The notes under the pieces were generated by a model that saw only the letters and a list, made by a program, of their open reading frames with translations, did no database searches and was not told the DNA's origin. A stretch of DNA of 64,000 nucleotides from an uncultured Bacteroidales bacterium (GTDB taxonomy: Bacteria; Bacteroidota; Bacteroidia; Bacteroidales; FEN-979), in NCBI GenBank assembly GCA_963785325.1, contig CAWAVC010000012.1, positions 35,455-99,454 of the forward strand, written 5' to 3'. Of this stretch, positions 27,670-39,834 are shown piece by piece. Numbering within the stretch: the stretch's first letter is position 1; every line of letters starts with the position of its first letter. The position numbers and the translations under genes are program-made.

Positions 27670-30531
27670 ATGAATTCAAAGAAACTCCGGCTGCTTAAAA
27701 TACTGGCTATTGTATTTCTTTCGGGTCCATTGTCCGCTCAAACTGTAGTAACAGAGCCGGTTTATCCGACGGATCTTGATTCGGTGACAGTGATCTATGA
27801 TGCAACAAAAGGAAATGGCGCCCTGAAAAATGTATCTCCGCCCATTTATGCACATACCGGTGTGATCACCAACCTCAGCGCTACTCCGTCAGACTGGAGA
27901 TATGTAATCGCCCCCTGGACGACAAACCTCCCGAAAGCGCTGATGACCCCTTTGGGAAACAATCTTTACAAGATCAAAATAGCGCCAAGTATCCGTTCCT
28001 GGTATGGGGTATCTTCTTCAGAACAGATTCTTAAAATGGCATTTGTATTCAGGAATTCAGATGGATCTATAGTTGGCAGAGAAGCTGACGGAGGTGATAT
28101 TTTTACTAATGTTTACCCGGCCAAAACCAGTATTACAATTCAGAAACCGACAGTTAAAGCACTATATCCAAGGCTCAACGATACGATTGCTGTCGACGCC
28201 ATAAGCCCGCTTGCCGATACAATAAAAATGTTTGTCAACAATATCCTTGTAAAGAAAGAAGCAGGAACCGTTTTGACGGATACGTTGCTCGCAAATAATT
28301 TTGGACAGTTCTGGACAAAACAATGGGTAAAACTGGTAGGAGAAAATGATACGGCATCTGCGACTGATTCTTTTTTTTATGAAGTTATTCCCGCGCCTCC
28401 GGTTACAGAATTGCCGTCAGGGATTATCGACGGAATAAATTATATTGATTCCACGACTGTAGTTCTTTCCTTATATGCACCCGGCAAAGATCATTCTTTT
28501 ACAATCGGTGATTTTACAGATTGGCAGATTGAGTCTCAATATTATATGAACAAAACGCCAGATGGAACACATTTCTGGATCCAGATTGATAGTCTCACAC
28601 CACGGAAAGAGTATATATTTCAGTATCTTGTGGATGGAAATCTAAGTATTGCAGATCCTTATTCTGATAAAATCAGTGATCCCAATGATCAATACATCAG
28701 CCAGTCAACCTACCCCGGCCTCCTTCCCTATCCTACCGGGAAAACGACAGGCATTGCATCCTACCTGCAAACTGCACAGGTTCCATATTTCTGGTCCACC
28801 ATATCATATACACCTCCGGCACCAACCGACCTGATCATTTATGAAGTGTTGATCCGGGATTTTATCGCTACCCACGATTATCCCGGGTTGATAGATACGC
28901 TTGATTACTTCAAAAGACTTGGGGTGAATGCCATTGAACTGATGCCCATTATGGAGTTTGAAGGCAACGATAGTTGGGGTTATAACCCGGATTTTGAATT
29001 TGCCCCAGATAAGTATTATGGAACAAAGAACGGGTTGAAAAAATTTGTTGAGGCCGCTCATGCAAGGGGATTAGCAGTGATACTTGACATCGTGCTGAAT
29101 CACCAGTTTGAAGAATCTCCTTTGGCCATGCTATATTGGGACGGTACAAACAGCCGGCCGGCGGCTGATAATCCCTGGTTCAACGCCATTCCTACGCATC
29201 CTTACAACGTTGGAAATGATTTTAACCATAAAAGTCCACAAACTAGGGTCTATTGTGAACGGGTGATCCGTTACTGGCTTCAGGAATACCATGTTGACGG
29301 CTATCGCTTTGACATGTCGAAAGGTTTCACACAAACAAACTCTTACCCCGATAATATGACATTATGGGCAGCTTATGATACAGGCCGTATTGCAATCCTG
29401 AAAAATTACGCCAATGTGGCACATTCTGTCAATCCAAATGCATATGTGATCCTTGAACATTTTGCAGATAACGATGAAGAAACTGAATTGAGCGCCGACG
29501 GTATGCTGCTTTGGGGTAACCTGAATTACAATTATAATGAAGCAACAGAAGGATTGAATACGGGAAGTCTTTCTGATTTCTCATGGATATCTTATAAGCA
29601 AAGAGGCTGGGCAGATCCCCATGTGGTGGGATACATGGAAAGTCATGATGAAGAGCGTTTGATGTATAACGATATCCATGCAAGTAATACTTCAAATTCA
29701 AATTACAATCCCCGGGATACCTCCATTTCATTAAAGCGCATCGGCATGGCAGCAGCATTTTTCTATACCATCCCGGGGCCTAAAATGCTATGGCAGTTTG
29801 GCGAACTTGGATACGATTATTCAATAAACTATCCTTGTATGACTTCTGATTGCAGACTCTCTGACAAACCGATACGATGGGATTATTATAACCAATGGCG
29901 CCGGAGATACCTGTTCAATACCTGTGCAAGCCTCATGGACCAGAAAATAAATAATGATGCCTTCCGCAGTACTAATTACTCCGTTTCGCTTACCGGGCCC
30001 TTGAAACACATCAATATTACAGGCTCCAACATGGATGTTGTGGTAATTGGAAATTTTGATGTTTACCAGGGCAACATCACTCCCGGATTCAGTCAAACCG
30101 GGCCATGGTATGACTTCTTTGGAGGCGACACCTTGAATGTTGCCACTCTCACAGATCAGATTTCACTTCAGCCGGGAGAATATCATATTTATACGACGAT
30201 AAAATTGCCCAAGCCGCAATTTACCGGTATTGATGATGCTGCAAATGCGGCTAAGCAGGAAGGGAATTACTCACTTGTTTATCCAAATCCATCCTCAGGA
30301 GCTTTTACGATTCAATATACCCTTAATACGCCACTTCATATAAGGATTATGGTGTCAGATATATATGGGAGACCGATTGCCGTTTTATCTGAAGGAAAGG
30401 TTGAAAACGGAACTCATACTGTGATTTGGAATGGATTGGATGATAAAGGACAAAAGGTTTCTCCGGGATTATACCTATATAAATTCGATGCAGGAGATCA
30501 CACAGAAATCGGGAAACTTATAGTTCAGTAA
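27670..30531 (+). CDS. T9SS-secreted GH13 (amylase/pullulanase-like) with N-terminal accessory domains
   Basis: IYAHTGVIT N-domain; IYEVLIRDF, SWGYNP, DGYRFDMSKG, ESHDEER; VYPNP...GLYLYK CTD. Confidence 0.9.
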   Translation: MNSKKLRLLKILAIVFLSGPLSAQTVVTEPVYPTDLDSVTVIYDATKGNGALKNVSPPIYAHTGVITNLSATPSDWRYVIAPWTTNLPKALMTPLGNNLYKIKIAPSIRSWYGVSSSEQILKMAFVFRNSDGSIVGREADGGDIFTNVYPAKTSITIQKPTVKALYPRLNDTIAVDAISPLADTIKMFVNNILVKKEAGTVLTDTLLANNFGQFWTKQWVKLVGENDTASATDSFFYEVIPAPPVTELPSGIIDGINYIDSTTVVLSLYAPGKDHSFTIGDFTDWQIESQYYMNKTPDGTHFWIQIDSLTPRKEYIFQYLVDGNLSIADPYSDKISDPNDQYISQSTYPGLLPYPTGKTTGIASYLQTAQVPYFWSTISYTPPAPTDLIIYEVLIRDFIATHDYPGLIDTLDYFKRLGVNAIELMPIMEFEGNDSWGYNPDFEFAPDKYYGTKNGLKKFVEAAHARGLAVILDIVLNHQFEESPLAMLYWDGTNSRPAADNPWFNAIPTHPYNVGNDFNHKSPQTRVYCERVIRYWLQEYHVDGYRFDMSKGFTQTNSYPDNMTLWAAYDTGRIAILKNYANVAHSVNPNAYVILEHFADNDEETELSADGMLLWGNLNYNYNEATEGLNTGSLSDFSWISYKQRGWADPHVVGYMESHDEERLMYNDIHASNTSNSNYNPRDTSISLKRIGMAAAFFYTIPGPKMLWQFGELGYDYSINYPCMTSDCRLSDKPIRWDYYNQWRRRYLFNTCASLMDQKINNDAFRSTNYSVSLTGPLKHINITGSNMDVVVIGNFDVYQGNITPGFSQTGPWYDFFGGDTLNVATLTDQISLQPGEYHIYTTIKLPKPQFTGIDDAANAAKQEGNYSLVYPNPSSGAFTIQYTLNTPLHIRIMVSDIYGRPIAVLSEGKVENGTHTVIWNGLDDKGQKVSPGLYLYKFDAGDHTEIGKLIVQ

Positions 30532-30616
30532 ACGGAATCATTCCCCCCTGCTATTATTTCTTAAAATATTCTTAGGGACATATAACCATTTTAGGATATC
30601 TGAAAAAGTGACCTGA

Positions 30617-33169
30617 TCATGGGAAGAATTTCCTGAACAGATAGCTAAAGAAAGGTTTATGCCTTAAATGCTGGGTTTGGGTGTAATATGCAAATCTGAA
30701 TTTTTTCATCCAGTCATCTTTGCCGATATAACTCCTCACCAATAATACGGGATCAATATCAGGCTGATCGTGAAAGTCCTTACAAGCATATAATTTGCCT
30801 ATTTCTTCCAGAACCGGCTTAGCTTTCCTCTTTGGATAATCCTGTAACCTAAGCAATTTCAGATATTTTAACGCTTCCTGTAAATTATTCTTTCCCTGGA
30901 AGTAAAGGATAGCCTGGATTGTAAGCTTATCACGTGATATTCCGCGAATATATTCATACATCGAAATACATTCAATTCCAAAGCGATTAATGTTTTCAAA
31001 AGAAAAAAATTGTTCCATCGCAGGATAGCAGGAGATGGCTTTATCGTATTGACCTCCCTTGACAAGAAAATCAATGTTCTGCTGCATATTTTGGAAATCA
31101 ACAGCTTGTGCATATTTGTCGACGGTATCCTTCAATCCGCCGGATGGTATCAAACAATCCGGATTTTGACGTATGAGTAAAACAGCTGAATCTGCCATTA
31201 AAGCTGCCAGAGTGAAATTCTTTAATTCTATTTCCCTCTGCGCATGCAAGAGTAAAATTTCAAAAGTTTCATTTGCATTCCAGCAGGTTCGTTTTTCAAC
31301 TTTCCTCCGGTATTCTGCCAGTGTTTCCGAGAGTTCCCTTGAACTTTCAGCACCGGTTGTTCGCTGGATAAAAGTAATAGAATCAGCTAACAAGCGGGCC
31401 TTATCCAATTGATTCGTCCAGATTCTTACTTCTCCCGAATCAAGCAGATGAATCAGGTAAAAAGGATAGGTTATTCTGCATAGGGAATCAAGCCCAGAAT
31501 CAGGGTAAAATTTTTCGTTTTGCGGCAGTTCCCTGGCAAGAAAAAACTTCCTGCCAGCTTCAGGTTTATCATCCTTCCCAAGGTTTTTCTCCCCTTCCAT
31601 GATTAACTTCTTGTACATGCACAATTGAATTTTTGATTCTATCACCCGATGGATCAAAGAAAGTGTCAGGGAATCAAAACCCCTCTCGAAATCATTGTAA
31701 CATTCAATTGCTTCAGGATAGTTCGACAAGGAAAAAAGGGTATCGCACTGCGAAAGTGTCTCTCCGACCAATTCTCCAAAAACTTTTGTAAATAAAGAAT
31801 CGGAAGTTATAAATGTGGCATGTTCCCTCCTGTAGTTTTGTGCCCGTAACATATAAGTATGAGCCATTTCCTGTTTACCATTCATGATTGCTACATCAGC
31901 CACACCAAGGAAAGAATTATAAATCCCATTAGCTGCCTTTATAATGATATTCCTGTCGTTGACATTTCCTTTAAGCCAGGGATTTTTTTCACTAAAATTA
32001 TGGGCATTCTCAAGTAACTCGACAGTTTCGGCATATTGCTGGTTTTTCATAAGTTCATCTGCCCGTTCATGGTAGGCTTTGTTTATTTTCATTGAGATCA
32101 TTGCCAGTGATGAATCAATATTCTGAGCCGGAAACATCTGCAGAGCAAGATTCCTGATCACTGCACTATCATCTCCAAAAGCATTCATGTAAAAATACCG
32201 GTCGAGGAATTCATGATAGATTCCACTGTTGCGTTCAGTAACAAGCATTGACCAACGGATATAGCGGCAAATCCCGTCGAGAAACTTTGAAATCAGTGAA
32301 TCCAGTGAAAAACTTGAATTAAGGATTCCAGGTGTCTTCGTGTTTTCTCTGAAGGTCTTCGTTGCCCTGAGAGAAAAACGTGAAAGCCGGTCATATTGGA
32401 CTTGGAATCCTTCCGGGTCCAATGAATCAAGATTAAGGCGTCGCGAAAAATCCTTCTCTTTAATGATCATCAGGATCTTATTCAATTCTTCCAGCATGAT
32501 AAAAAAGGAACCCGGATCATAGCTTATCACTCCGGCATCGGTCTCACGTACTTTCTCATCCAGGGAATCCAGAATCGCATTTCCTGCATAATAATCATTG
32601 ATAAGGTTCACACGCTCCTTAAATTGTGAGAGAGCAGCTTCATCAAAATAGAAATGAAGATGTTGCATCACAAGGGTATCTGAATCGCAAGAGAAATGTG
32701 GTAATTGACATTGAAATAGAGAACTATCATGTTTAAGCCAATTCAAGTCAGTCACTTCGGGTAAATCGATGATCGAAGAACTGTCCTTTTTTTCAACACG
32801 GCATGTAAAGGATACCCGGTTAGGCTTCATCACACCGGCCATCGAGAACTTACGAAAATAAATGTCACCGCTGAGCAGCTGTGGCCCAAAGGAAATCCGA
32901 GCCATGGGATTCCTGCCGTCCGGATCCAGGATTTGGATCAGCATCCGCGTATTCAATCTAAAATAGATATCGCAGGGATTTTTTATCTCATCCTCGGCAA
33001 TAAGAGTAATAATTTCGTTGGGAATTCCCGAATATTCAGATATCTCTTTATTATATCCGAAAGTGCATAGTACAGGATAAGAACATGTAAAGATGTTTTT
33101 CTGTGCAACCAGTGCTTTAGACCCAAACAACAGGAATACAACCAGGATAAGGATTTTTTGTCGGGACAA
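30617..33169 (-). CDS. Large hypothetical exported, helical (TPR-like) protein
   Basis: 850-aa ORF with signal peptide; no family motif recognised. Confidence 0.6.
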   Translation of the reverse strand: MSRQKILILVVFLLFGSKALVAQKNIFTCSYPVLCTFGYNKEISEYSGIPNEIITLIAEDEIKNPCDIYFRLNTRMLIQILDPDGRNPMARISFGPQLLSGDIYFRKFSMAGVMKPNRVSFTCRVEKKDSSSIIDLPEVTDLNWLKHDSSLFQCQLPHFSCDSDTLVMQHLHFYFDEAALSQFKERVNLINDYYAGNAILDSLDEKVRETDAGVISYDPGSFFIMLEELNKILMIIKEKDFSRRLNLDSLDPEGFQVQYDRLSRFSLRATKTFRENTKTPGILNSSFSLDSLISKFLDGICRYIRWSMLVTERNSGIYHEFLDRYFYMNAFGDDSAVIRNLALQMFPAQNIDSSLAMISMKINKAYHERADELMKNQQYAETVELLENAHNFSEKNPWLKGNVNDRNIIIKAANGIYNSFLGVADVAIMNGKQEMAHTYMLRAQNYRREHATFITSDSLFTKVFGELVGETLSQCDTLFSLSNYPEAIECYNDFERGFDSLTLSLIHRVIESKIQLCMYKKLIMEGEKNLGKDDKPEAGRKFFLARELPQNEKFYPDSGLDSLCRITYPFYLIHLLDSGEVRIWTNQLDKARLLADSITFIQRTTGAESSRELSETLAEYRRKVEKRTCWNANETFEILLLHAQREIELKNFTLAALMADSAVLLIRQNPDCLIPSGGLKDTVDKYAQAVDFQNMQQNIDFLVKGGQYDKAISCYPAMEQFFSFENINRFGIECISMYEYIRGISRDKLTIQAILYFQGKNNLQEALKYLKLLRLQDYPKRKAKPVLEEIGKLYACKDFHDQPDIDPVLLVRSYIGKDDWMKKFRFAYYTQTQHLRHKPFFSYLFRKFFP

Positions 33170-33319
33170 GGCCTTGGATTTTTATCAAAATTACACATTT
33201 GTTCAGCTGTATCGAAAGTATGTCTGGAATTTTCCTGGTTTGACTGTAAATCTGTCATATGGAATTTTTGGTATACATTTTGCCTTGTATTATAATTTTT
33301 TACCAATTAGGAGGAACAT

Positions 33320-34591
33320 ATGATCAATGTACCGTTAATGGGTAAGAAACGAGTGGTGATCGTGGGTTGTGGATTTGCCGGCCTTAAACTGGCAAGGAAA
33401 CTTAAAAATTCAGGATTTCAGGTAGTTATTGTCGATAAACTCAATTACCACCAGTTTCAGCCACTTTTTTACCAGGTTGCTACGGCAGGGCTTGAACCAA
33501 GTGCGATTTCATTCCCTTTAAGGAAAATCTTTCAGCATTATAAAGATTATTATATAAGAATTGCGGAAGTGACGAATATTAACACGGACAAACAGCAAAT
33601 CTGGACAACACAAGGGATTATCCAGTATGATTATCTTGTCCTTACCCAAGGCGCTTCCAATTTCTTTTTCGGAATGAAAAATATGGAATCGTTTTCCAAA
33701 CCTATGAAATCTGTTTCTGAAGCCCTCGATTTGCGTAACACTCTGCTTCAGAATTTCGAGGATGCAATTGCTGCGACAACTGAGGAAGACCAGGAAGGAT
33801 TCCTTAATCTGATTGTGGTGGGCGGAGGACCTACAGGTATTGAAGTCTCAGGCGCGCTGGCAGATATGCGAAAATATGTTCTCGGAAAAGATTACCCGGA
33901 ATTAAAACAGGAAAAGATTCACATCTACCTGATCGAGGGGATGAACCGCTTACTCATGGCGCTTTCTGAAAAATCATCGGAGAAAGCTAAAAAGTTCCTA
34001 GAACGTCTGCACGTAAATGTTGTCTTGAATACCCAAGTGAAGAATTTTGACGGAAAATTTATTGAAACCTCTGACGGAAAAAAGATCCGGACAAATCTGG
34101 TCATCTGGACTGCCGGAATTACAGGAGCCAAAATAGGAGGTCTGCGGGATAACTCCTATGGTAAAAACAATCGTATTTTGGTCGACAATTATAACAGGGT
34201 AAAAGGGTATTCAAATATTTTCGCTCTGGGAGATGTGGCATTAATGGAAGAATCCCGTTTCCCCCATGGCCATCCGCAAGTAGCACCGGTTGCCATTCAA
34301 CAAGCAAGGCTTCTGGCAAAGAATCTAAAAAGGATACTAATTCAAAAAGAAATGATTCCTTTTTCCTATAAAGATAAAGGCACCATGGCCACAATCGGCA
34401 GGAACCTTGCAATTGTGGAACTACCATACGCCCGGTTTTATGGAACTTTTGCATGGTTGGTTTGGATGTTCGTTCATTTGATGTCTATCGTTGGTATAAA
34501 GAACCGATTTCTGATCCTGATTAACTGGTTTTGGAACTATGTGACTTATGACACGTCATTACGGTTGATTTTAAAACCCAAGGGTTGTTAA
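33320..34591 (+). CDS. ndh: Type II NADH dehydrogenase (NDH-2)
   Basis: VVIVGCGFAGL, FQPLFYQVATAGL, VVGGGPTGIEVSG, YKDKGTMATIGR. Confidence 0.92.
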   Translation: MINVPLMGKKRVVIVGCGFAGLKLARKLKNSGFQVVIVDKLNYHQFQPLFYQVATAGLEPSAISFPLRKIFQHYKDYYIRIAEVTNINTDKQQIWTTQGIIQYDYLVLTQGASNFFFGMKNMESFSKPMKSVSEALDLRNTLLQNFEDAIAATTEEDQEGFLNLIVVGGGPTGIEVSGALADMRKYVLGKDYPELKQEKIHIYLIEGMNRLLMALSEKSSEKAKKFLERLHVNVVLNTQVKNFDGKFIETSDGKKIRTNLVIWTAGITGAKIGGLRDNSYGKNNRILVDNYNRVKGYSNIFALGDVALMEESRFPHGHPQVAPVAIQQARLLAKNLKRILIQKEMIPFSYKDKGTMATIGRNLAIVELPYARFYGTFAWLVWMFVHLMSIVGIKNRFLILINWFWNYVTYDTSLRLILKPKGC

Positions 34592-34603
34592 TTCAGCTAA
34601 TTT

Positions 34604-36809
34604 ATGGAAAAAAAAGATATTGAAAGAAGGTACCAGAAAGTATGTAATGATATTTATGCTGGACGGATCAAATCTGCTCTCGATGCCTTGGGAGCATTGA
34701 TCCGGAACGTCAACAGATCAGATTATATTTTCGACCTGGAAAATATCAGTAAAAACTATCAGAACCTCCTGAATTACGCATTTGAAGGGGTAACAGATCC
34801 GGACAGGAAAGATATCCTGAAGAAGATCTCAGCCTCTGTCCTTTCTCTGGCAGATGATGTAAGGGATGTTTTGACTGCTATAGACTACCCACGTAAAAAT
34901 ATTGAAAAGGACATCTTGATACGTCTTCTTGGAGATGATCCGCAAGCAGTTTCTGATCGCCTGGAAGAATATCTTTCTGAAAAAAACCTTCAAAGGATTT
35001 TGGAGGAAACAGGAGCATCTTCATCAGAAAACAAACCGGTTGAGAATATTTTCAGATTGATTTGGCTGACGCATAAGATGAAAGATACATCCGTCGAAAA
35101 AGTACGCCTTATCGCACATTCAACTCTTTTCGAGAAGCATAAGAAATGTCTTATCGTTTCGGCGCTTACTCTCAGCTTGCTCGATTTTTTTGATCCTCAA
35201 AAGATTATCTTACTCATGGAATTTGTAAGTGACCATGAAATGGAAGTCTACCAGCGTTCCCTTACAGGCCTTGGTCTTATGTTGATTTGGTATGACATGA
35301 GAATCAGCTTTTACCCGGAGATTATGATAAGGCTTGATGAGTTGAGTCAGGAAGAAAGCATTCAGCAGGACATGGAAGCATTGCTTCTCCAACTGCTCAT
35401 GGCCCAGGAAACAGAGACTATTGTAAAGTCTTTTGAAGAAGAAGTGCTTCCTGACATGAAGAAAATGATGCCGAAATTCGAGGATAAACTCCAATTGGAT
35501 AAAATATTTGGCGAAGAAGATCTGGAAGGAAAAAACCCTGACTGGAAAGATATGATTGATGAGGTTCCCGGGCTTTTTGAACGAATCGAAAAATTTACCC
35601 GGATGCAGATGGAAGGAGGCGATGTCTTTCTTAGCACTTTTTCCCAACTGAAACGTTTTGATTTCTTCACTAAGATGAGCAATTGGTTCGTTCCATTTTA
35701 TGCCGATCATCCTGACCTAAAAAATAACGAGGGCGATGAAGAACAAATTTTCAACCGATTGCTGGAAGGCCTTGGCAGGGCTTTTTATCTCTGCAACTCA
35801 GATAAATATTCATTTGCCCTGAATTTCAATGCTGTTCCTCCGCAACAACGATCAATGATCATGACTTATTTCGAAGCCGAACTTGAACAAATGAAGGATA
35901 TGGCATCTGAAGAGGAGATTCTGAGCCCCTCGTCTACATCGAATGCGATTTTTATTCAATATATCCAGGATCTTTACCGATTCTTTAAACTCTATCCTTT
36001 TCACAACGAATTTAATGACATCTTTCAGAAAAAGAATCCGATTCCCGGAACTCTGGTTTTACAAAACCTTCTTTGAACGTGATAATTTTACTTCACGACT
36101 TGCTGCTTTTTATTTTGATAAAAACCATTATCCTGAAGCTATAGAACTTAATAAATATTTAATTGAAAAAGAAGGAACGAAGGGAGAATATTATGAAAAG
36201 ATAGGCTATTCGTACCAAAAAATCGGTAAGTTTTCTGAAGCTATCGAATTTTATAAAAAGGCAGAATTATTCGACAGCGACCGACTTTGGATTCTGAAGA
36301 AGCTGGGTTGGTGTTCCATGAAACTGAGGGATTATACAAATGCCCTGAAATATTTTGAAGAATGTGCACAAATCCAGCCAGACGACCTCACCATCCAGGC
36401 ACAGATCGGTCAATGTAATCTAAGTCTGAAGAATTTTGAAGAAGCTCTGAACAGCTATTCGAAAGTGTTATACTTTCAGCCTGAAAACCTTAAAGTATTA
36501 CGGCCGATTGCATATTGTCAATTCATTTTAGGGAAACTTGATGCTGCTGAAGAATCTTATCAGAAGATCCTTTCAGGAACCGAATCCCACGGCCCGTTTG
36601 ACCTGATGAATGCCGGACATGTGCAACTTTGCCTGAATAAGAGAAAGGAAGCGCTCTTGTTTTATAAGAAAAGTCAAACTGATTTGTTTTTTGCAACAAA
36701 TTCTTTTCAATCGGCTTTTGAAGAAGATATCCCTTATCTTCTGAAAAACGGGATTAGCGAAGATGACTTGCCATTATTTATAGACTACCTACTTTTTCAG
36801 ATTGAATGA
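34604..36809 (+). CDS. Tetratricopeptide-repeat protein, frameshift at ~36031
   Basis: SNWFVPF..LCNSDKYSF..YIQDLYRFFKL followed by TPRs in the next frame; one extra A in an A-run joins the two ORFs. Confidence 0.8.
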
Positions 36810-36883
36810 TTTTATGAAATTTTTGATCTCAAATGGGTAGATTTTAAGCTGATATCTTCCCAGTATCGGCACCTATTATTTGT

Positions 36884-38026
36884 TTAGTCATTCATGATAG
36901 CCCTGGAGATAATCATTTGCTGGATCTCGGAAGTCCCTTCATAGATTTGAGTCAGCTTTGCTTCCCGCATCAGCCGTTCCACATGGTATTCCTTCACATA
37001 ACCATACCCACCATGAATATGAACGGCTTCAGTGGTGACATACATCGCGGTTTCAGCAGCATAATACTTGGCCATCGCACTTGCCGTCCCAAAAGCTTGC
37101 TTCTGATCTTTCAACCAGGCAGCTTTAAGACAGAAATATCTTGCAGCTTCGATGCGGGTATGCATTTCAGCCAGTTTAAAGCCGATAGCCTGATGGTTGA
37201 TGATTTCCGTTCCAAATGCTTTTCTTTCCTTGGCATATTTTAATGCGCGCTCATAGGCTCCGGAAGCAATACCCAATGCCTGTGCTGCAATACCTATGCG
37301 TCCTGCTTCAAGGGTTTTCATCGCAAACTTGAATCCAAAACCATCTTCGCCCAACCGGTTTTCCTTTGGAACTTTTACATCCGTAAACATAACCGAATGT
37401 GTATCTGAACTTCGCATACCCATCTTATCTTCATGAGGCCCCAGTGAAATACCCGGAGAATGGCGGTCAACAATCAAAGCATTGATACCTTTGTATCCTT
37501 TTTCGGGATTCGTCTGTGCAATCAAAAGATAAGTGGAAGCGGTATTCCCACTGGTAATCCAATTTTTTGTTCCGTTTACAAGATAATAATCGCCCATGTC
37601 AATGGCCATAGTTTTCTGTGAACTTGAATCTGATCCTGCATTCGGCTCTGATAAAAGATATGCACCGATTTTTTCCCCTCGTGCCAGAAGTTTCAAAAAC
37701 TTTTCTTTCTGTTCCTCTGTTCCAAATTTCTCGATTCCATAACAAACCAATGAATTGTTTACGGACATAATCACAGAGACAGAAGCATCGATTTTGGAAA
37801 TTTCTTCCATAGCAAGAACATAGGAGATAGTATCCATGCCTCCCCCGTCATAGCGCGTATCAACATTCATTCCCATAAAACCCAGTTCTGCAAGTGCTTT
37901 AACATGTTGTGCCGGGTATTCGGCTTTTGCATCCCGTTCAATGACATCCTTAATCAGCTCACGCTGTGCATAATCCCTGGCCGATTGCCGGATCATCTTC
38001 TGTTCTTCCGTAAATTCAAAATCCAT
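36884..38026 (-). CDS. Acyl-CoA dehydrogenase (butyryl/short-chain type)
   Basis: LSEPNAGSD, GTKNWITSG, GRIGIAAQALG, HGGYGY, IYEGTSEIQ. Confidence 0.93.
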   Translation of the reverse strand: MDFEFTEEQKMIRQSARDYAQRELIKDVIERDAKAEYPAQHVKALAELGFMGMNVDTRYDGGGMDTISYVLAMEEISKIDASVSVIMSVNNSLVCYGIEKFGTEEQKEKFLKLLARGEKIGAYLLSEPNAGSDSSSQKTMAIDMGDYYLVNGTKNWITSGNTASTYLLIAQTNPEKGYKGINALIVDRHSPGISLGPHEDKMGMRSSDTHSVMFTDVKVPKENRLGEDGFGFKFAMKTLEAGRIGIAAQALGIASGAYERALKYAKERKAFGTEIINHQAIGFKLAEMHTRIEAARYFCLKAAWLKDQKQAFGTASAMAKYYAAETAMYVTTEAVHIHGGYGYVKEYHVERLMREAKLTQIYEGTSEIQQMIISRAIMND

Positions 38027-38074
38027 AAGCAATCTCCTTTCTTTTATACTAATTTATATATCCGGATGTACGAA

Positions 38075-39766
38075 TTAACTCGCTGTTACCCTTTCCAATC
38101 TTTTCATGACTGAAAAGATAAAGAGCGCAGACAGCAGGCAGGATATCACCAAAACCAGCCACAATCCCCATAATGGCATAAATCCCCACAGCCAGCCTCC
38201 TACAAAAAGAAGGAAATTTCCGATACCTGTGGCAGCAAACCAGCAGCCCTGCATAGTTCCTTTATATTTTGGAGGAGCTACTTTGGAAACAAATGAAATT
38301 CCCATCGGGCTTAAAAATAATTCTGCAATGGTCAGGATGAAATATGTGACCACCAGGTAATAAGGAGAAACCAGAACATTAGCTGGCGCTACTGTCCGTC
38401 CGAGTAACTTCAATGAATGTGGGCTTGGCATCCCAATTGAAGCGAAAATAAGAATGCAGAAAGCCAGGGCGGTAATCAGCATTCCGTACCCTATCTTACG
38501 CGGGGCTGATGGCTCTTTTCCTCTTTTGTTCAGCCAGCCAAAGATCCCGATGATAAGGGGAGTCAGCGCCACAATAAAGAATGGATTAAAATGCTGGAAT
38601 TTTTGCGGTGTAAATGGATTGATATCCTGGTAACCCATGAACCGGAGAACGGCAATAACGGCAAAACCAGCAAAAACAACACCACCGATAATCCTTGTGA
38701 CTGCAGAACTTCTTTTCTTTACAAGGTAAACAAATCCTATCACTGAAAGAAAAATGGATAGCAACCCAAACAAATCGAAAAAGAGGTTAGTGAATTTCCC
38801 TACGTTCGGTTGCGTATAATCCCGCGCAAAGAATGTCATGCAAAGCCCATTTTGTTGGAACGACATCCAGAAGAAGATTACCACAAAGAAAACAAGGAAC
38901 AATGCAATCAATCGTTCACGGATCTGCTTCGGAGTAAGTTCTATAACCTGTGCTTTATATTCCTGATTCTTTGATTTCTGCTTTTCTGTAAGATCGGCAT
39001 GTTTATAATGTTTTCTGAAGATCCAGAAAATAAGCATAGAGATGATCAGACTGAGACATGCAACGCTGAAGGCATAGTGATATGATTTTCCCAGTGCATC
39101 CAAGTAATTAGCAGAAAACTGTTGAAGGGTACCTAATGTTACTGATGGGTCCTGTTTATGTGCAATAGTAAGATATGCAGGTGGATCGGCAAGTTTTCCG
39201 ACAAGACAACTATTTGCAAGAGCTGGAATATTTGCATCATAGGAATAATGGTATGTTTTTAATATCCAGTTACTAACCGTTTCAGCAGCAGTAGGTGCAA
39301 ACATAGCGCCTATGTTAATCCCCATATAAAAAATATTAAAGGCACGGTCCCTTACTCCGCTGTATTTCGGATCGTCATAAAGGTTACCTACAAGCGCTTG
39401 GAGGTTCCCTTTGAAAAGACCTGTTCCCAAAGCAATCACACCCAGGGCACAGATAATAAGACTCAGGCCTTCTCCATGTACTGATGGGATGGATAAAAGA
39501 AAGTACCCAAGAAACATGACAATAATACCGAAACTGATAGTCTTTCCGTACCCAAGCCATTTATCTGCCATAAGACCACCAAGTATTGGCAGTCCATACA
39601 TTACAGCCATAAAAACGCCGTAGATCAGACTTGCACGTGTGGAATCGAAACCAAATTTCGCTTGTATAAATAAAGTCAGAATGGCGATCATAGTGTAAAA
39701 TCCGAACCGCTCACCCATGTTGGTGAAAAACGCCACGAAAAGTCCTTTAGGATGTCCTTTAAACAT
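38075..39766 (-). CDS. Proton-dependent oligopeptide (POT/PTR) transporter
   Basis: GHPKGL, GERFGFYTM, FNIFYMGINIG, AELFLSPMG; TATTTTTG -7 element at 39811-39818 on the minus strand. Confidence 0.92.
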   Translation of the reverse strand: MFKGHPKGLFVAFFTNMGERFGFYTMIAILTLFIQAKFGFDSTRASLIYGVFMAVMYGLPILGGLMADKWLGYGKTISFGIIVMFLGYFLLSIPSVHGEGLSLIICALGVIALGTGLFKGNLQALVGNLYDDPKYSGVRDRAFNIFYMGINIGAMFAPTAAETVSNWILKTYHYSYDANIPALANSCLVGKLADPPAYLTIAHKQDPSVTLGTLQQFSANYLDALGKSYHYAFSVACLSLIISMLIFWIFRKHYKHADLTEKQKSKNQEYKAQVIELTPKQIRERLIALFLVFFVVIFFWMSFQQNGLCMTFFARDYTQPNVGKFTNLFFDLFGLLSIFLSVIGFVYLVKKRSSAVTRIIGGVVFAGFAVIAVLRFMGYQDINPFTPQKFQHFNPFFIVALTPLIIGIFGWLNKRGKEPSAPRKIGYGMLITALAFCILIFASIGMPSPHSLKLLGRTVAPANVLVSPYYLVVTYFILTIAELFLSPMGISFVSKVAPPKYKGTMQGCWFAATGIGNFLLFVGGWLWGFMPLWGLWLVLVISCLLSALFIFSVMKRLERVTAS

Positions 39767-39834
39767 AATTAAACTTGTTAAGGGTTAATAATTCAGGGAT
39801 TTGATCCTTGCAAAAATAAACAAATTTGAACACG

